A stretch of 64,000 nucleotides of DNA, taken from the NCBI GenBank assembly GCA_963748215.1, contig CAVVHS010000007.1:384001-448000 (forward strand), given 5' to 3'. Source of the stretch: an uncultured Gammaproteobacteria bacterium (GTDB lineage: Bacteria > Pseudomonadota > Gammaproteobacteria > UBA9214). The first letter of the stretch is position 1; each line of letters begins with the position of its first letter. A program made the translations under genes and the position numbers. The notes below the pieces were generated by a model. That model was not told where the DNA came from. It did no database searches and saw nothing but the letters and a program-made list of their open reading frames with translations. Below are positions 8,628 to 18,577 of this stretch, one piece after another.

Positions 8628-11216
8628 CTACAGCCAGCGCATCAATCCGCATTCCAGCGGATGACTGAGCTGATGGTGGCAGGGATAGTAGCGAATCTTG
8701 AACTGCTGCAGACCGCCCGCCGAACAGACATTCTCCATATCGAACAGATCGCAGCGGAACAGCGTGGCGCCGTCCGCGTGGGTGCCGGACAGGTAGAACA
8801 GCCGCTTGTGGGTCGTCTCGAAGTTCTCATCCTCGTCGATCCGCCCCAGGACGCATTCCACGACGATATCGTCCGGCTGCAGGCCATTGAGCTGCAGCGC
8901 CACTTCGAATGACAGCATTTCGCCGGCCTGGATCGTGGCCGGCACCGGCGAGACCAGCTGCCCGCGCACGGCCGGCCAGGCGCTGGCGACCTGCTGCTTC
9001 CAGGTCGCCAGCTCGCGTGCGCCTTCCGCCGCGTTGGCGGCCAGGCGACGGCCTTCGCGCGCCGCGGGGGAGTAGGACTGCGCCAGGTAATCCATGGCCA
9101 TGCGGATGGTGTTGAAACGCGGCAGGATCGTCTTCATCGAGGCGCGGGCGATGCGCAGCCATTCATCCGAGTAACCCTCGCCGTTACGCGTGTAGTAAGC
9201 GGGGATGACCTGGTATTCAAGAATGTTCATCAACTCCACCGCCTCCAGCTGCTCGCGGGTCTCGCGGTCGAACTCGGGGTGCGGCGTGATGCTCCAGCCA
9301 TTCTCGCCATTCCAGGCCTCGGCCCACCAGCCGTCGGTGACGCTGAGGTTGATGGCGCCGTTGATGGCGGCCTTCATGCCTGAGGTGCCGCAGGCCTCCA
9401 TCGGGTATTCCGGCGTGTTCAGCCAGACGTCGACGCCGGGCAGGAAATCGCGCGTCAGCGAGAGGTTGTAGTTCTCCAGCAGGATGACCCGGCCCTGGAA
9501 TTCCGGGAGCAGGCTGATTTCGAAAATCCTGCGCAGCAACGCCTGCCCCGGCTGGTCGTTGGGATGCGCCTTGCCGGCAAAGACCAGCGTGACCGGTCGC
9601 TGCGGGTCGTTGACCAGACGGGCCAGGCGTTCCAGGTCCCGGAAGATCAGGCCGGCACGCTTGTAGGTCGCGAAGCGGCGCGCGAAGCCGATCAGCAGGG
9701 TGTTGATGTTGCGCGAGGTCAGGTTCGCGGTGAGCCTGCTGGACAGCGACTTGGTGCGCGCACAGCGCTCGTATTGCTGCACTGCACGCTCCCGGATTTC
9801 GTCGATGGCCGCGGCCTTCAGCAGTTGCCGTACGCTGAGGAAGACGTGATCGGGGATCTGGTCGATGAAGCTGTCCCAGAACCCGGTGTCGGTCAGCTTG
9901 GCGCGCCAGCCGCCGCCCATGTACATCTCGAACAGCGCCACCCAGGAACCTGCCAGGTAGCTGTCCACATCGGCGCCGTTGGTGATGTAGCCCATGGGGT
10001 TTTCCGCGACCTGGATCTCCGGCCACGCGTACGACTCCATCTCCGCTGCAATACCGCCGTGGATCCGGCTGACACCGTTGCGGTAGCGCGAGCCGCGCAC
10101 GGCAAGCGAGGTGGTACAGAAACCGTTCGGGTCGCGCGGGTTCGCGCCCAGGGCGAGGAACTGCGCCTCGCTGATGCCCAGGTCATTGGCCGTGTTGCCG
10201 AAATAGTTGCGCATCATGCCGTGGTCGAACACATCGTGACCGGCGGTCACCGGCGTATGGGTGGTGAACGCCGTGGCGGCGGCCACCAGTTCCAGCGCAC
10301 TCGGGAAATCCAGGCCGCTCGTGACCTGCTCGTGGCAGCGCTCCAGTATCTGGAAGGCGGCATGGCCTTCGTTGATGTGCCAGACCGTGGGGTGCAGCTG
10401 CAGGGCGCGCAGGGCGCGCACGCCGCCGATGCCGAGAATGACTTCCTGCTGGATGCGGGTTTCGCGATAGCCGCCGTAGAGCTGTGCCGTCAATTCGCGA
10501 TCGGTCGGACTGTTGTCCTCGACGTCGCTGTCCAGCAGCAACAGGCGAATATGCCCGGCGCGCGCCTCCCAGACGCGCAGTACCAGGCTGCGTCCAGGGA
10601 GGTCGACGCGGACCTTCACTTCCTCGCCGTTGCTGTCCAGCGCCGGGGTTACCGGCAGGTCGCAGGGATCGCTGCGCCGGTAGGTGGCGATCTGGTTGCC
10701 ATTGCAGTCGAAGCGCTGCGTGAAATAGCCGTGCCGGTAAAGGATGCCGATGCCCACAAACGGCACCCACAGGTTGCTCATGGCCTTGCAGTAATCGGCG
10801 GCCAGGATGCCGAGCCCGCCGGCGTAGATGGGCATGCTTTCGTGGAAACCGTACTCGGCGGAGAAATAGGCGATCAGGTCGGCCTTCGAGTCAATGAGCC
10901 TCTCGATGCGCATGCTCGGCATCTGTTCCATGTAGGTATCGTAGCCGGACAGTGTTTGCCGGTATTCGGTCAGCAGGATCGGGTCCTGTGCCGCCTGGTT
11001 GATACGGTCCTGTCGCAGCCGGCGCAGGAATACCCGGGGATTGTGGTCGGAGGCATCCCAGCACTCGGGGTCCAGGTGGCGGAACAGGCGCCGGACGCTG
11101 CGATTCCAGCTGTAATACAGGTCATTGCCGAGCTCGCCAAGGCGTTCGAAGCGCCTGGGCAGGGTCGCCTGGATCTCTACACTGAAGGAAGTGCCGTTAC
11201 GGGTCTTGTCGTTCAT
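8628..11216 (-). CDS. glgP: Alpha-glucan (glycogen) phosphorylase
   Basis: AYFSAEYG, YAGGLGILAAD, HINEGH, FARRFATYKRA, FAGKAHP and PLP-lysine motif EACGTSGMKAAING. Confidence 0.95.
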   Translation of the reverse strand: MNDKTRNGTSFSVEIQATLPRRFERLGELGNDLYYSWNRSVRRLFRHLDPECWDASDHNPRVFLRRLRQDRINQAAQDPILLTEYRQTLSGYDTYMEQMPSMRIERLIDSKADLIAYFSAEYGFHESMPIYAGGLGILAADYCKAMSNLWVPFVGIGILYRHGYFTQRFDCNGNQIATYRRSDPCDLPVTPALDSNGEEVKVRVDLPGRSLVLRVWEARAGHIRLLLLDSDVEDNSPTDRELTAQLYGGYRETRIQQEVILGIGGVRALRALQLHPTVWHINEGHAAFQILERCHEQVTSGLDFPSALELVAAATAFTTHTPVTAGHDVFDHGMMRNYFGNTANDLGISEAQFLALGANPRDPNGFCTTSLAVRGSRYRNGVSRIHGGIAAEMESYAWPEIQVAENPMGYITNGADVDSYLAGSWVALFEMYMGGGWRAKLTDTGFWDSFIDQIPDHVFLSVRQLLKAAAIDEIRERAVQQYERCARTKSLSSRLTANLTSRNINTLLIGFARRFATYKRAGLIFRDLERLARLVNDPQRPVTLVFAGKAHPNDQPGQALLRRIFEISLLPEFQGRVILLENYNLSLTRDFLPGVDVWLNTPEYPMEACGTSGMKAAINGAINLSVTDGWWAEAWNGENGWSITPHPEFDRETREQLEAVELMNILEYQVIPAYYTRNGEGYSDEWLRIARASMKTILPRFNTIRMAMDYLAQSYSPAAREGRRLAANAAEGARELATWKQQVASAWPAVRGQLVSPVPATIQAGEMLSFEVALQLNGLQPDDIVVECVLGRIDEDENFETTHKRLFYLSGTHADGATLFRCDLFDMENVCSAGGLQQFKIRYYPCHHQLSHPLECGLMRWL

Positions 11217-11254
11217 GGCGTCACCGGGTCAGGTCATGGGCTGGTGTGGCAATC

Positions 11255-12946
11255 TCAGGGTTCCGGTTCCATTACGATATAGGCCGATGGGCATTCGCGG
11301 GCACATATGCCGCAGCCCTTGCAGAAGTCGTAATCAAACACGTAGTACGAGCCGTCTTCGACCGGGCTGCGCGTCTTCAGCACCGCGACGTCCGGGCACA
11401 GGGTCCAGCAGTTGTCGCAGGCCAGGCAATTGCCGCAGGAAAGGCAGCGCAGGGCTTCCTGCGCTGCCTGCTGTGGCGCCAGACCGCCGATGATTTCGGC
11501 ATCGCCGACGCGCTCAGCGACAGCTAGTGTCGGTGCATGCTGGCGGGATTTCGGCTCGAAGTAATTCAGATTGATCTGCGCAGCCGTCACCGGGACTGCC
11601 GCGCGGTCATCGGGGTCGGCCTGACGCTGCACGTCGCGCGCCATGGCCAGCGCGGCGCGCCGCCCGTCGCCGATGGCGCCGCTCACCGTGCCACCGCCGC
11701 CACGCGCGTCGCCGCCGGTGTACAGACCCGGGTGTCCGCGGATGCGGCCATGTTCGCTGGCGGTAAGGAATTCACGCTGCCCGAGCAGCGAGGCCAGGCC
11801 GGCCGGGTCGACGGTCTGGCCGATGGCGGGTATGACCTGTTCGACATGCAGCAGGGTTTCCGTGCCTTCAAAGGAGACGGAGCGGGTGCTGTTGTCGGCC
11901 TCGTGCAGTTTTTTCCGGTGTACGAGTTCCAGGCCGACCACCTGTTCGCCGCGCAGCACCAGGCGCTGCACACCGCGGTGTTCGTGAATGATCACGCCTT
12001 CCTCCATGGCCTGCTCGATTTCACGCGCGATGGCCGGCATGGTGTCCGGCTGCTCGACGCCTGCGCGCGGCAGTGACTCGTGCGTGACCACGTGCACCGC
12101 CTCCACGCCACAGCGTTTGAGGATGCGCGCCAGGTCGATGGCCGTGTTGCCGCCGCCGATGATGGCCGCACTGGACCAGCCGGGCATCGAGCCGACATCC
12201 AGCCAGCGCTTCAGCAGGTCGAGTCCGACGTGCAGGTCGTGCGGCGTGGCACCGTCGATGTCCCAGTCACGGCTGCGCTGGGTGCCCGGCGCCAGAAACA
12301 CCGCCGCGTATTCGGCGTGCAGTTCATCGAGCGAGAAATCCCGCCCGAGCCGTTGCCCCGGGCGGAACGCGATACCGCTGGCCAGCAGGCGTTCGAGTTC
12401 CGGGTCGAGCACGTTGCGCGGCAGGCGGTAAGGTGGCAGGGCGCTGCGCAGCAGGCCGCCGGCTACCGGCAGGGCCTCGAACAGATCCACCCGGTAACCG
12501 AGCCGGGTCAGCTGCCAGGCCGCGGAACAACCGGCCGGTCCGCTGCCGACGACCGCTATGGCCTGTGCACCGTGCGCGACCGGCTGCGCCGGGTAGTCCC
12601 AGCCGGCGGCGATGGCCTGGTCACCCAGCCAGCGCTCCACGTGGTGGATGGCGATCGGTTCGTCGTAGTGGCCGCGGTTGCAGACCTGTTCGCAGGGATG
12701 GTGGCAGACCCGTCCGGTAATCGCGGGCAGCGGATTCGCCGCGACGATGGTTTCCCACGCCTCGCGGTATCGTTCTTCGGCGGCCAGTGCCAGCCAGGCC
12801 TGGCCGTCCTCGCCGGCCGGGCAGGCGGTGTGGCAGGGCGCCGGCCGGTGTTGATGCACCGGGCGTTCGATACGCCAGCTGCCGGTGTGGTAGCGCAGCG
12901 AGGTGCCCGGGTGTGCGAATGCGCCACGTGTCAGCTTCAGGCCCAC
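11255..12946 (-). CDS. GltD/SudA-like FAD/NAD(P) Fe-S oxidoreductase with PorD (delta)-like termini
   Basis: GTG start at 12946 after GGAGG. PGTSLRYHTGSWRIERP; PCHTACP; GRVCHHPCEQVC; GSGPAG; GGGNTAID; C-terminal CLSCGNCLACDNCWTLCP and DYDFCKGCGICARECP. Confidence 0.85.
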   Translation of the reverse strand: MGLKLTRGAFAHPGTSLRYHTGSWRIERPVHQHRPAPCHTACPAGEDGQAWLALAAEERYREAWETIVAANPLPAITGRVCHHPCEQVCNRGHYDEPIAIHHVERWLGDQAIAAGWDYPAQPVAHGAQAIAVVGSGPAGCSAAWQLTRLGYRVDLFEALPVAGGLLRSALPPYRLPRNVLDPELERLLASGIAFRPGQRLGRDFSLDELHAEYAAVFLAPGTQRSRDWDIDGATPHDLHVGLDLLKRWLDVGSMPGWSSAAIIGGGNTAIDLARILKRCGVEAVHVVTHESLPRAGVEQPDTMPAIAREIEQAMEEGVIIHEHRGVQRLVLRGEQVVGLELVHRKKLHEADNSTRSVSFEGTETLLHVEQVIPAIGQTVDPAGLASLLGQREFLTASEHGRIRGHPGLYTGGDARGGGGTVSGAIGDGRRAALAMARDVQRQADPDDRAAVPVTAAQINLNYFEPKSRQHAPTLAVAERVGDAEIIGGLAPQQAAQEALRCLSCGNCLACDNCWTLCPDVAVLKTRSPVEDGSYYVFDYDFCKGCGICARECPSAYIVMEPEP

Positions 12947-13935
12947 CGCAAGCCTCCGCGTCGCACCGTGTCGGCGCCCTCGCTGTCGCGCTTGTCCGAA
13001 CGGGTGCCGCGCAGGTTGTAGAGCTCGATGTTGTGGTTGGCCAGCGCCTGCAGGTGTTCCAGCTCCTCGCGCGCGCGGTCCTCGTCGGCGAACAGGTGCC
13101 GAAAGCGGTTTTGCAGTTTCAGATAGTCTGTAACCGGGCGCACCGTGCGGATCGGCATCGAGCCGGCGAGCCGGCCGCGCTCCAGTTCGATGATCGGGAA
13201 CAGGCCGGACTGCACGGCGAGCCGTGCTACCTCGATACTGAGCGCGCCGTCGTGGCCCCAGCCCAGCGGGCAGGGCGTGTGGATATGCAGGAAGGTCGGG
13301 CCGTCGATGGCGAGTGCGCGCCGTACCTTCTTGCGGATGTCGGAGGGATAGGCCACCGAACTGGTGGCGGCATACGGGATGTGGTGTGCGGCCACGATCG
13401 AGACGATGTCCTTTTTCAGATGGCGCTTGCCCATGCGTGCCTTGCCCGAGGGCGAGGTGGTGGTGACCGCGGCATGCGGCGTCGAGCTGGAGCGCTGGAT
13501 GCCGGTATTCATGTAGGCCTCGTTGTCGAAACACACGTGCAGCACGCTGTGGCCGCGCTCCAGCATGCCGGACAGCGCCTGGAAACCGATGTCGAAGGTG
13601 CTGCCGTCACCGCCCATCGAGATGACACGTGTGGTCTTGCCGCGCTGTTTCAGTGCCGCCTCCATGCCCGCGGCCACGGCGGGCGCGTTCTCGAACAGGG
13701 AGTGTATCCAGCCCACGCGCCAGGCCGACTCCGGCCAGGCGGTGGTGAACACCTCGAGACAGCCGGTGGCGTTAGCGTATACCACGTCCGGTCCGGCGGC
13801 CTCGGTCACCAGCCGTGCGGCCAGCGCCTCGCCGCAACCCTGGCAGGCACGGTGGCCGGCTTCCATGCCGGAGAATCGTGGTTGTGCATGACGCAGTTCG
13901 CGATGGCTCATGGGGTCGGTCGAGTTTCCATGCAA
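12937..13935 (-). CDS. porB: Pyruvate/2-oxoacid:ferredoxin oxidoreductase beta subunit (TPP-binding)
   Basis: GHRACQGCG, NATGCLEV, GGDGSTFDIG, DNEAYMNTGIQRSSSTP and PCPLGW. Exact start uncertain (13935 or 13911). Confidence 0.9.
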   Translation of the reverse strand: MHGNSTDPMSHRELRHAQPRFSGMEAGHRACQGCGEALAARLVTEAAGPDVVYANATGCLEVFTTAWPESAWRVGWIHSLFENAPAVAAGMEAALKQRGKTTRVISMGGDGSTFDIGFQALSGMLERGHSVLHVCFDNEAYMNTGIQRSSSTPHAAVTTTSPSGKARMGKRHLKKDIVSIVAAHHIPYAATSSVAYPSDIRKKVRRALAIDGPTFLHIHTPCPLGWGHDGALSIEVARLAVQSGLFPIIELERGRLAGSMPIRTVRPVTDYLKLQNRFRHLFADEDRAREELEHLQALANHNIELYNLRGTRSDKRDSEGADTVRRGGLRWA

Positions 13936-13946
13936 TGCTCCTGTGT

Positions 13947-15116
13947 TCAGCTGGCCGCCGGCAGCTTGTCCGGCTCCAGATCGATGATGTCAAAGGGGAT
14001 GCCGCTGCCGGCGCGCAGCGCCGCGTGAATGCGCGGGTAGATGTCGAGTGGCACGTCGCGGCCGCCGAGGCCGACACTGAAGTTGTGGACGCGCGGTGCA
14101 TCGCGCATCTCGGTCAGCGCGGCGCGGATCTCGGTACCGACGATGCCGCCGCTGCCCGGCGACAGCGCGCGTTCCAGCACCACCAGGTCGGTCAGTCCGG
14201 CGCACGCCTCGCGGATGGCTGCGGCGGGGAACGGGCGAAAGGTGCGCAGGGCCATCAGCCGCGTGGCAGGAAGGTCCTGATAGTGTTCCCGCGCGGCCGT
14301 CAGCGTGCCGGCGATGGAACCCAGTGTCAGGATGCCGGTGCGGGCATCCGGCATGTCATGGATGCACAGCAGCGGGTTCTGCCGACGGCCGCAGACGTCT
14401 TCCCAGGCCGCGGCCGCGGCCACGATCGCCTGCTGGGCATTGAGCAGCGCCTGGTGATGGTCCTGACGTGCCTCGGTGTAGAATTCCGGCGAGACCAGCG
14501 TGCCGATGCTGATCGGGTTGGCGGGGTCGAGCCGGCGCTCGAAATTGAACGGTGGCAGGAAACGGTCGACCTGCTGCTGGTCCGGAATGTCGAGTACTTC
14601 CAGCGTGTGCGTCAGGGTGAAGCCATCGACGCACACCATGACCGGCAGTTCCGTCTGCTCGGCGATGTGGTAGGCCTGGATAGTGGTGTCCACGGCATCC
14701 TGGTTGGTGGTGCAGTAGATCTGGATCCAGCCGGCATCACGCACCGCCATGGAGTCCTGCTGGTCATTCCAGATCGACAGCGGCCCCGACACCGCGCGAT
14801 TGGCGCAGGTCATTACCATCGGCAGGCGCAGGCCGGCGATGTTGAAGAGCACTTCGCTCATCAGCAGGATGCCCTGGGAGGAACTGGCGGTATAGGCACG
14901 GGCGCCGGCCGCGACGGCACCCAGCACCACCGAGGCGGCGGAGAACTCGCTTTCCACACTCACCAGCTCGCAGTCCAGTACACCGTCCGCGACCAGCTTC
15001 GACAGGTTTTCGACAATGTGGGTCTGCGGTGTGATCGGGTACGCGGCGATGACCTGGGGACGGCACAGCGCCACGGTGCGGGCCAGTGCCTGGGAACCTT
15101 CAAGCGCGTACTGCAT
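13947..15116 (-). CDS. porA: Pyruvate/2-oxoacid:ferredoxin oxidoreductase alpha subunit
   Basis: AAYPITPQT, VESEFSAAS, TASSSQG, NRAVSGPLSIWNDQQD, RPFP and GLGGRD. Confidence 0.9.
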   Translation of the reverse strand: MQYALEGSQALARTVALCRPQVIAAYPITPQTHIVENLSKLVADGVLDCELVSVESEFSAASVVLGAVAAGARAYTASSSQGILLMSEVLFNIAGLRLPMVMTCANRAVSGPLSIWNDQQDSMAVRDAGWIQIYCTTNQDAVDTTIQAYHIAEQTELPVMVCVDGFTLTHTLEVLDIPDQQQVDRFLPPFNFERRLDPANPISIGTLVSPEFYTEARQDHHQALLNAQQAIVAAAAAWEDVCGRRQNPLLCIHDMPDARTGILTLGSIAGTLTAAREHYQDLPATRLMALRTFRPFPAAAIREACAGLTDLVVLERALSPGSGGIVGTEIRAALTEMRDAPRVHNFSVGLGGRDVPLDIYPRIHAALRAGSGIPFDIIDLEPDKLPAAS

Positions 15117-15675
15117 GTGGACCCTCCTGCCAGGCGCCGGTATCGACCTCCGCCGCGGCGCGTTCGACCAGTTGCCGGTTTTTTTCGAGTACTGCGCCAT
15201 GGAAACGCTCGCCCAGGGCCTTGAGCAGCGCACTGCGCGGCAGCAGGCCGGTCAGTTCCAGGAACGCCGATAACAGCGCGGTATTCGGTACCGGCCGGCC
15301 GAGAATTTCCTGCGCCATTGCGCCGGCCGGCAGGGCGACGACGTTGCAACCCAGTTGTTCGGCGAGTTCGGCACTGGTGCGGTTCGAGTTGACCAGTATC
15401 GCACCGCCGGTCTGCAGTCCCGCCGTGATGTCAGACAGGTGCAGCAGGGTGTCGTCCTGTACGATGAGGAAGGCAGGTTCAAGTACCTGGCAGCGGCGCC
15501 GGATCGGCCGGTCGGCGATGCGCACGAACGCCGTGACCGGAGCGCCGCGCCGTTCGGCGCCGAAATTCGGGAACGCCTGCGGGTAGAGACCTTCCTCGAA
15601 GGCCGCGGCGGCAAGCAGGTAGGCGGCGACCACATTGCCCTGGCCGCCGCGGCCGTGGATACGGATTTCGATCAT
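15100..15675 (-). CDS. porC: Pyruvate/2-oxoacid:ferredoxin oxidoreductase gamma subunit
   Basis: MIEIRIHGRGGQG, QAFPNFGAERRGAPV and PNTALL. Confidence 0.92.
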   Translation of the reverse strand: MIEIRIHGRGGQGNVVAAYLLAAAAFEEGLYPQAFPNFGAERRGAPVTAFVRIADRPIRRRCQVLEPAFLIVQDDTLLHLSDITAGLQTGGAILVNSNRTSAELAEQLGCNVVALPAGAMAQEILGRPVPNTALLSAFLELTGLLPRSALLKALGERFHGAVLEKNRQLVERAAAEVDTGAWQEGPHAVRA

Positions 15676-15744
15676 GGTCCCTTCAGAATCCCCATCGGGG
15701 ACAGACCCCGTTTTCCATAAAAAACACGGCCTGTCCCACGTATG

Positions 15745-18170
15745 TCAGTCCGCCAGTGCCGGTTCGCGTTGGGTTTCTCCCTCGATGTCCAGCACGACCT
15801 GCGTCATCTTCATCACGCTGTCCGGGTTCAGCGAAATGGACTCGATGCCCTGATCGACCAGCCAGCGTGTGATTTCGGGAAAATCGGACGGGGCCTGGCC
15901 GCAGATGCCGATATACTTGCCGGATTCGCGGCAGGCGCGAATGGCCATTTCCATCAGCGCCAGCACCGCCGGGTTGCGTTCGTCGTAGCCGGTCAGGATG
16001 CCGGAGTCGCGATCCACGCCCAGGGTCAGCTGGGTGAGGTCGTTGGAGCCGATGGAGAAGCCGTCGCAGTGCTCGAGGAACTGCTTCGCGCGCACGGCAT
16101 TGGCGGGTATTTCGCACATCAGCTTGACCTTCAGGCCGTGTTCACCGCGGCGCAGCCCGTAGTTTGCCATCAGTCCCAGCACCAGCTGCACCTCTTCCAC
16201 GGTGCGCGCGAACGGGATCATGAGTTCGAGATTGTCCAGGCCCATCTCCTCGCGTACCTTCACCATCGCCGCGCATTCCAGTGCGAAGCAGTCCGAGAAA
16301 GACTCCGAGTGATAGCGCGAGGCGCCGCGGAAACCGATCATCGGGTTTTCCTCGACCGGTTCGAAGGCACGGCCACCGAGCAGGGCGGCATATTCATTGG
16401 ACTTGAAATCGCTCATGCGCACCGTCACCGGCTTTGGATAGAACGCCGCGGCAATGGTGCCGACACCCTCGGCAAGGCGGTCGATGTAGAAGTCGCGCGG
16501 GCTGGCATAGCCATGGATGCGCGGCGCGATTTCGTTACGGATGTCCTCCGGCAGGCTGTCGTACTCCAGCAGCGCGCGCGGGTGGATGCCGATGGTGTTG
16601 TTGATGATGAATTCGAGGCGCGCCAGTCCGACACCGGCGTTGGGCAGGGCGGAGAATTCCAGCGCCTGCACCGGGTTGCCGACGATCAGCATGACCTTGG
16701 TGCGCGGTGTCGCCAGCCCGGTCAGGTTAACCGACTCCTTGGTGAAGGGCAGTATGCCCTCGTAGACAAAACCGGTATCGCCCTCGACGCAGGACACCGT
16801 GACCTCCGTGCCGTCGTGTATTTCATGGGTTGCGTCACCGGCACCGACTACCGCGGGGATGCCGAGTTCGCGCGCCACGATGGCGGCATGGCAGACACGA
16901 CCACCGCGATTGGTGACAATGGCGCTGGCGATCTTCATCACCGGTTCCCAGTCCGGGTCGGTGATATCGGTCACCAGCACCTCGCCGGGCTGCAGGTCGT
17001 GCATGTGTGCGGCCTCGAGGATGATGCGCGCCTTGCCGGCGCCGATCTTGGCACCGACGGCCTTGCCCTGCGACAGCACCGGGCCGCGTTGCTGCAGGGT
17101 GAAGATGTCCTGGAAGGCGCCGGTGCGGATGGAATGCACCGTTTCCGGACGCGCCTGCACGATGAACAGCTCGCCGCTTTCGCCGTCCTTCGCCCACTCG
17201 ATGTCCATGGGCCGCGACTTGCCGGCCGATGCCGAGTAGTGTTTCTCGATGACTACGGCGTAGCGCGCCAGGGTGAGTATCTCGTCGTCGCTGATCGCGA
17301 ACTTGCGCGCGTTCCTCCTTTTTCACGGCGACGTTGCGCGTGGCCGCGGCGGTGACCGGGTCGCGCGTGTAGATCATCTTGATGGCCTTCTCGCCGAGGT
17401 GACGGCGGATGATGGGCCGGTGGCCGGATTCGAGCGTGGGCTTGAACACCAGGAACTCGTCCGGGTTGACCGCGCCCTGCACCACGTTCTCGCCCAGGCC
17501 ATAGGCCGCCGTGATCATGACCACGTCGCGGAAGCCGCTTTCGGTGTCGAGCGTGAACATCACGCCCGAGCTGGCCAGGTCGGAACGCACCATCTTCTGC
17601 ACGCCGATCGATAATGCGATGCTCATGTGATCGAAGCCCTTGTCCACGCGGTAGTGGATGGCGCGATCGGTGAATAATGAGGCCAGCACGCGCTTGCAGG
17701 TACGCAGCAGCTGCTCGATGCCGCGAATGTTCAGGTAGGTCTCCTGCTGGCCGGCGAACGAGGCGTCCGGCAGGTCCTCGGCGGTGGCGGAACTGCGTAC
17801 CGCTACGTCGGGCTCATTGCCGTACTCGATGGCCATGTCCTGGTAGGCGGCCTGGATTTCCTCGGCCAGTTGCGGCGGCAACTCGCCGTCGATCATCCAG
17901 CCGCGGATCTGCGCGCCGGTGACGGCCAGTGCGTCGACATCATCCATGTCCAGCGTTTCGAGTGCCTCGCGGATGCGGGCATCGAGCTTGTTGTGCGTCG
18001 AGGTAGTCGCGATAGGCCTGCGCGGTCGTGGCGAAACCATTCGGTACCTTGACGCCCTGGCCTGACAGCGTGCGATACATTTCACCGAGCGAGGCATTCT
18101 TGCCGCCGACCAGCGGTACGTCAGCGATGCCGAGTTCATTGAAACGTCGAATATAGGTCAAGGATTGCAT
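15745..18170 (-). CDS. ppsA: Phosphoenolpyruvate synthase, split by two frameshifts (~17990 and ~17310)
   Basis: [11 protein letters not shown] (frame A); [23 protein letters not shown] (frame B); [31 protein letters not shown] and [11 protein letters not shown] (frame C). The three pieces join into a full-length PpsA. Confidence 0.9.
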
Positions 18171-18213
18171 CAGAGGTGGACCTCGTTTGTTTTGTTAAGG
18201 GTATGGGTAGAGT

Positions 18214-18231
18214 GCATTGTGCCCACAATGC
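18214..18231. promoter_or_regulatory. Perfect palindrome, candidate operator
   Basis: GCATTGTG-CC-CACAATGC. A partial copy, ATTGTGCCCA, lies at 18291-18300. Confidence 0.4.
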
Positions 18232-18266
18232 CCCTGCGTAATTGCCACATCATTCGACCTGTCGTA

Positions 18267-18280
18267 TTGACGAATGTCAA
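18267..18280. promoter_or_regulatory. FNR/CRP-family box
   Basis: Perfect palindrome TTGAC-GAAT-GTCAA in the divergent ppsA/mbx intergenic region. Confidence 0.6.
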
Positions 18281-18366
18281 ATAAAGTGTGATTGTGCCCA
18301 GGCATGTTGACGAGCATGCCATGAAGCATATATCAGTCTTGCCCGGAACATCTGTCTGGGTGCAAA

Positions 18367-18408
18367 ATGATTTATGTCAAAACGCCAGTCACGGATTCGC
18401 GCTAGATT
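18367..18408 (+). promoter_or_regulatory. Second FNR-like box with class II -10 element
   Basis: ATGAT-TTAT-GTCAA at 18367-18380 and TAGATT at 18403-18408, the same spacing as the 8306 promoter. Oriented toward the Mrp-Mbx operon. Confidence 0.5.
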
Positions 18409-18577
18409 CCGCTGCTGTAAAACCAGCGTCTCAGAGACAGGCGTTGTCATATAAATGTAATAATTCGCGGGGGTTGCCAGTTTCGGTCAGTGACAGTGCA
18501 AGCGTCAGAATACCCTTGATCGACCCTGGTTTCACATATCATGCGCCTAGCAAGTTTTTACGTACTGATCTCCTGAT

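Noticed and set aside
11255-12946. Glutamate synthase small subunit (also 27851-29686)
   Set aside because: No gltB is nearby, and both GltD-like domains are fused to ferredoxin modules within other complexes.
15697-15740. Terminator between ppsA and porC
   Set aside because: GGGGACAGACCCC is only a 4-bp stem without a properly placed U-tract and looks more like a REP-type remnant; not enough to split the operon.
9564-17355. Long antisense or alternate-frame ORFs (e.g. 9564-11282, 15742-17355; also 23202-24450, 48566-50239, 50322-52421)
   Set aside because: They are shadows of well-supported genes in high-GC DNA and carry no recognisable motifs.
17290-18010. Programmed ribosomal frameshifting in ppsA or other split genes
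   Set aside because: No consistent slippery sites are present, and the shifts are scattered over unrelated genes, so indel errors are more parsimonious.
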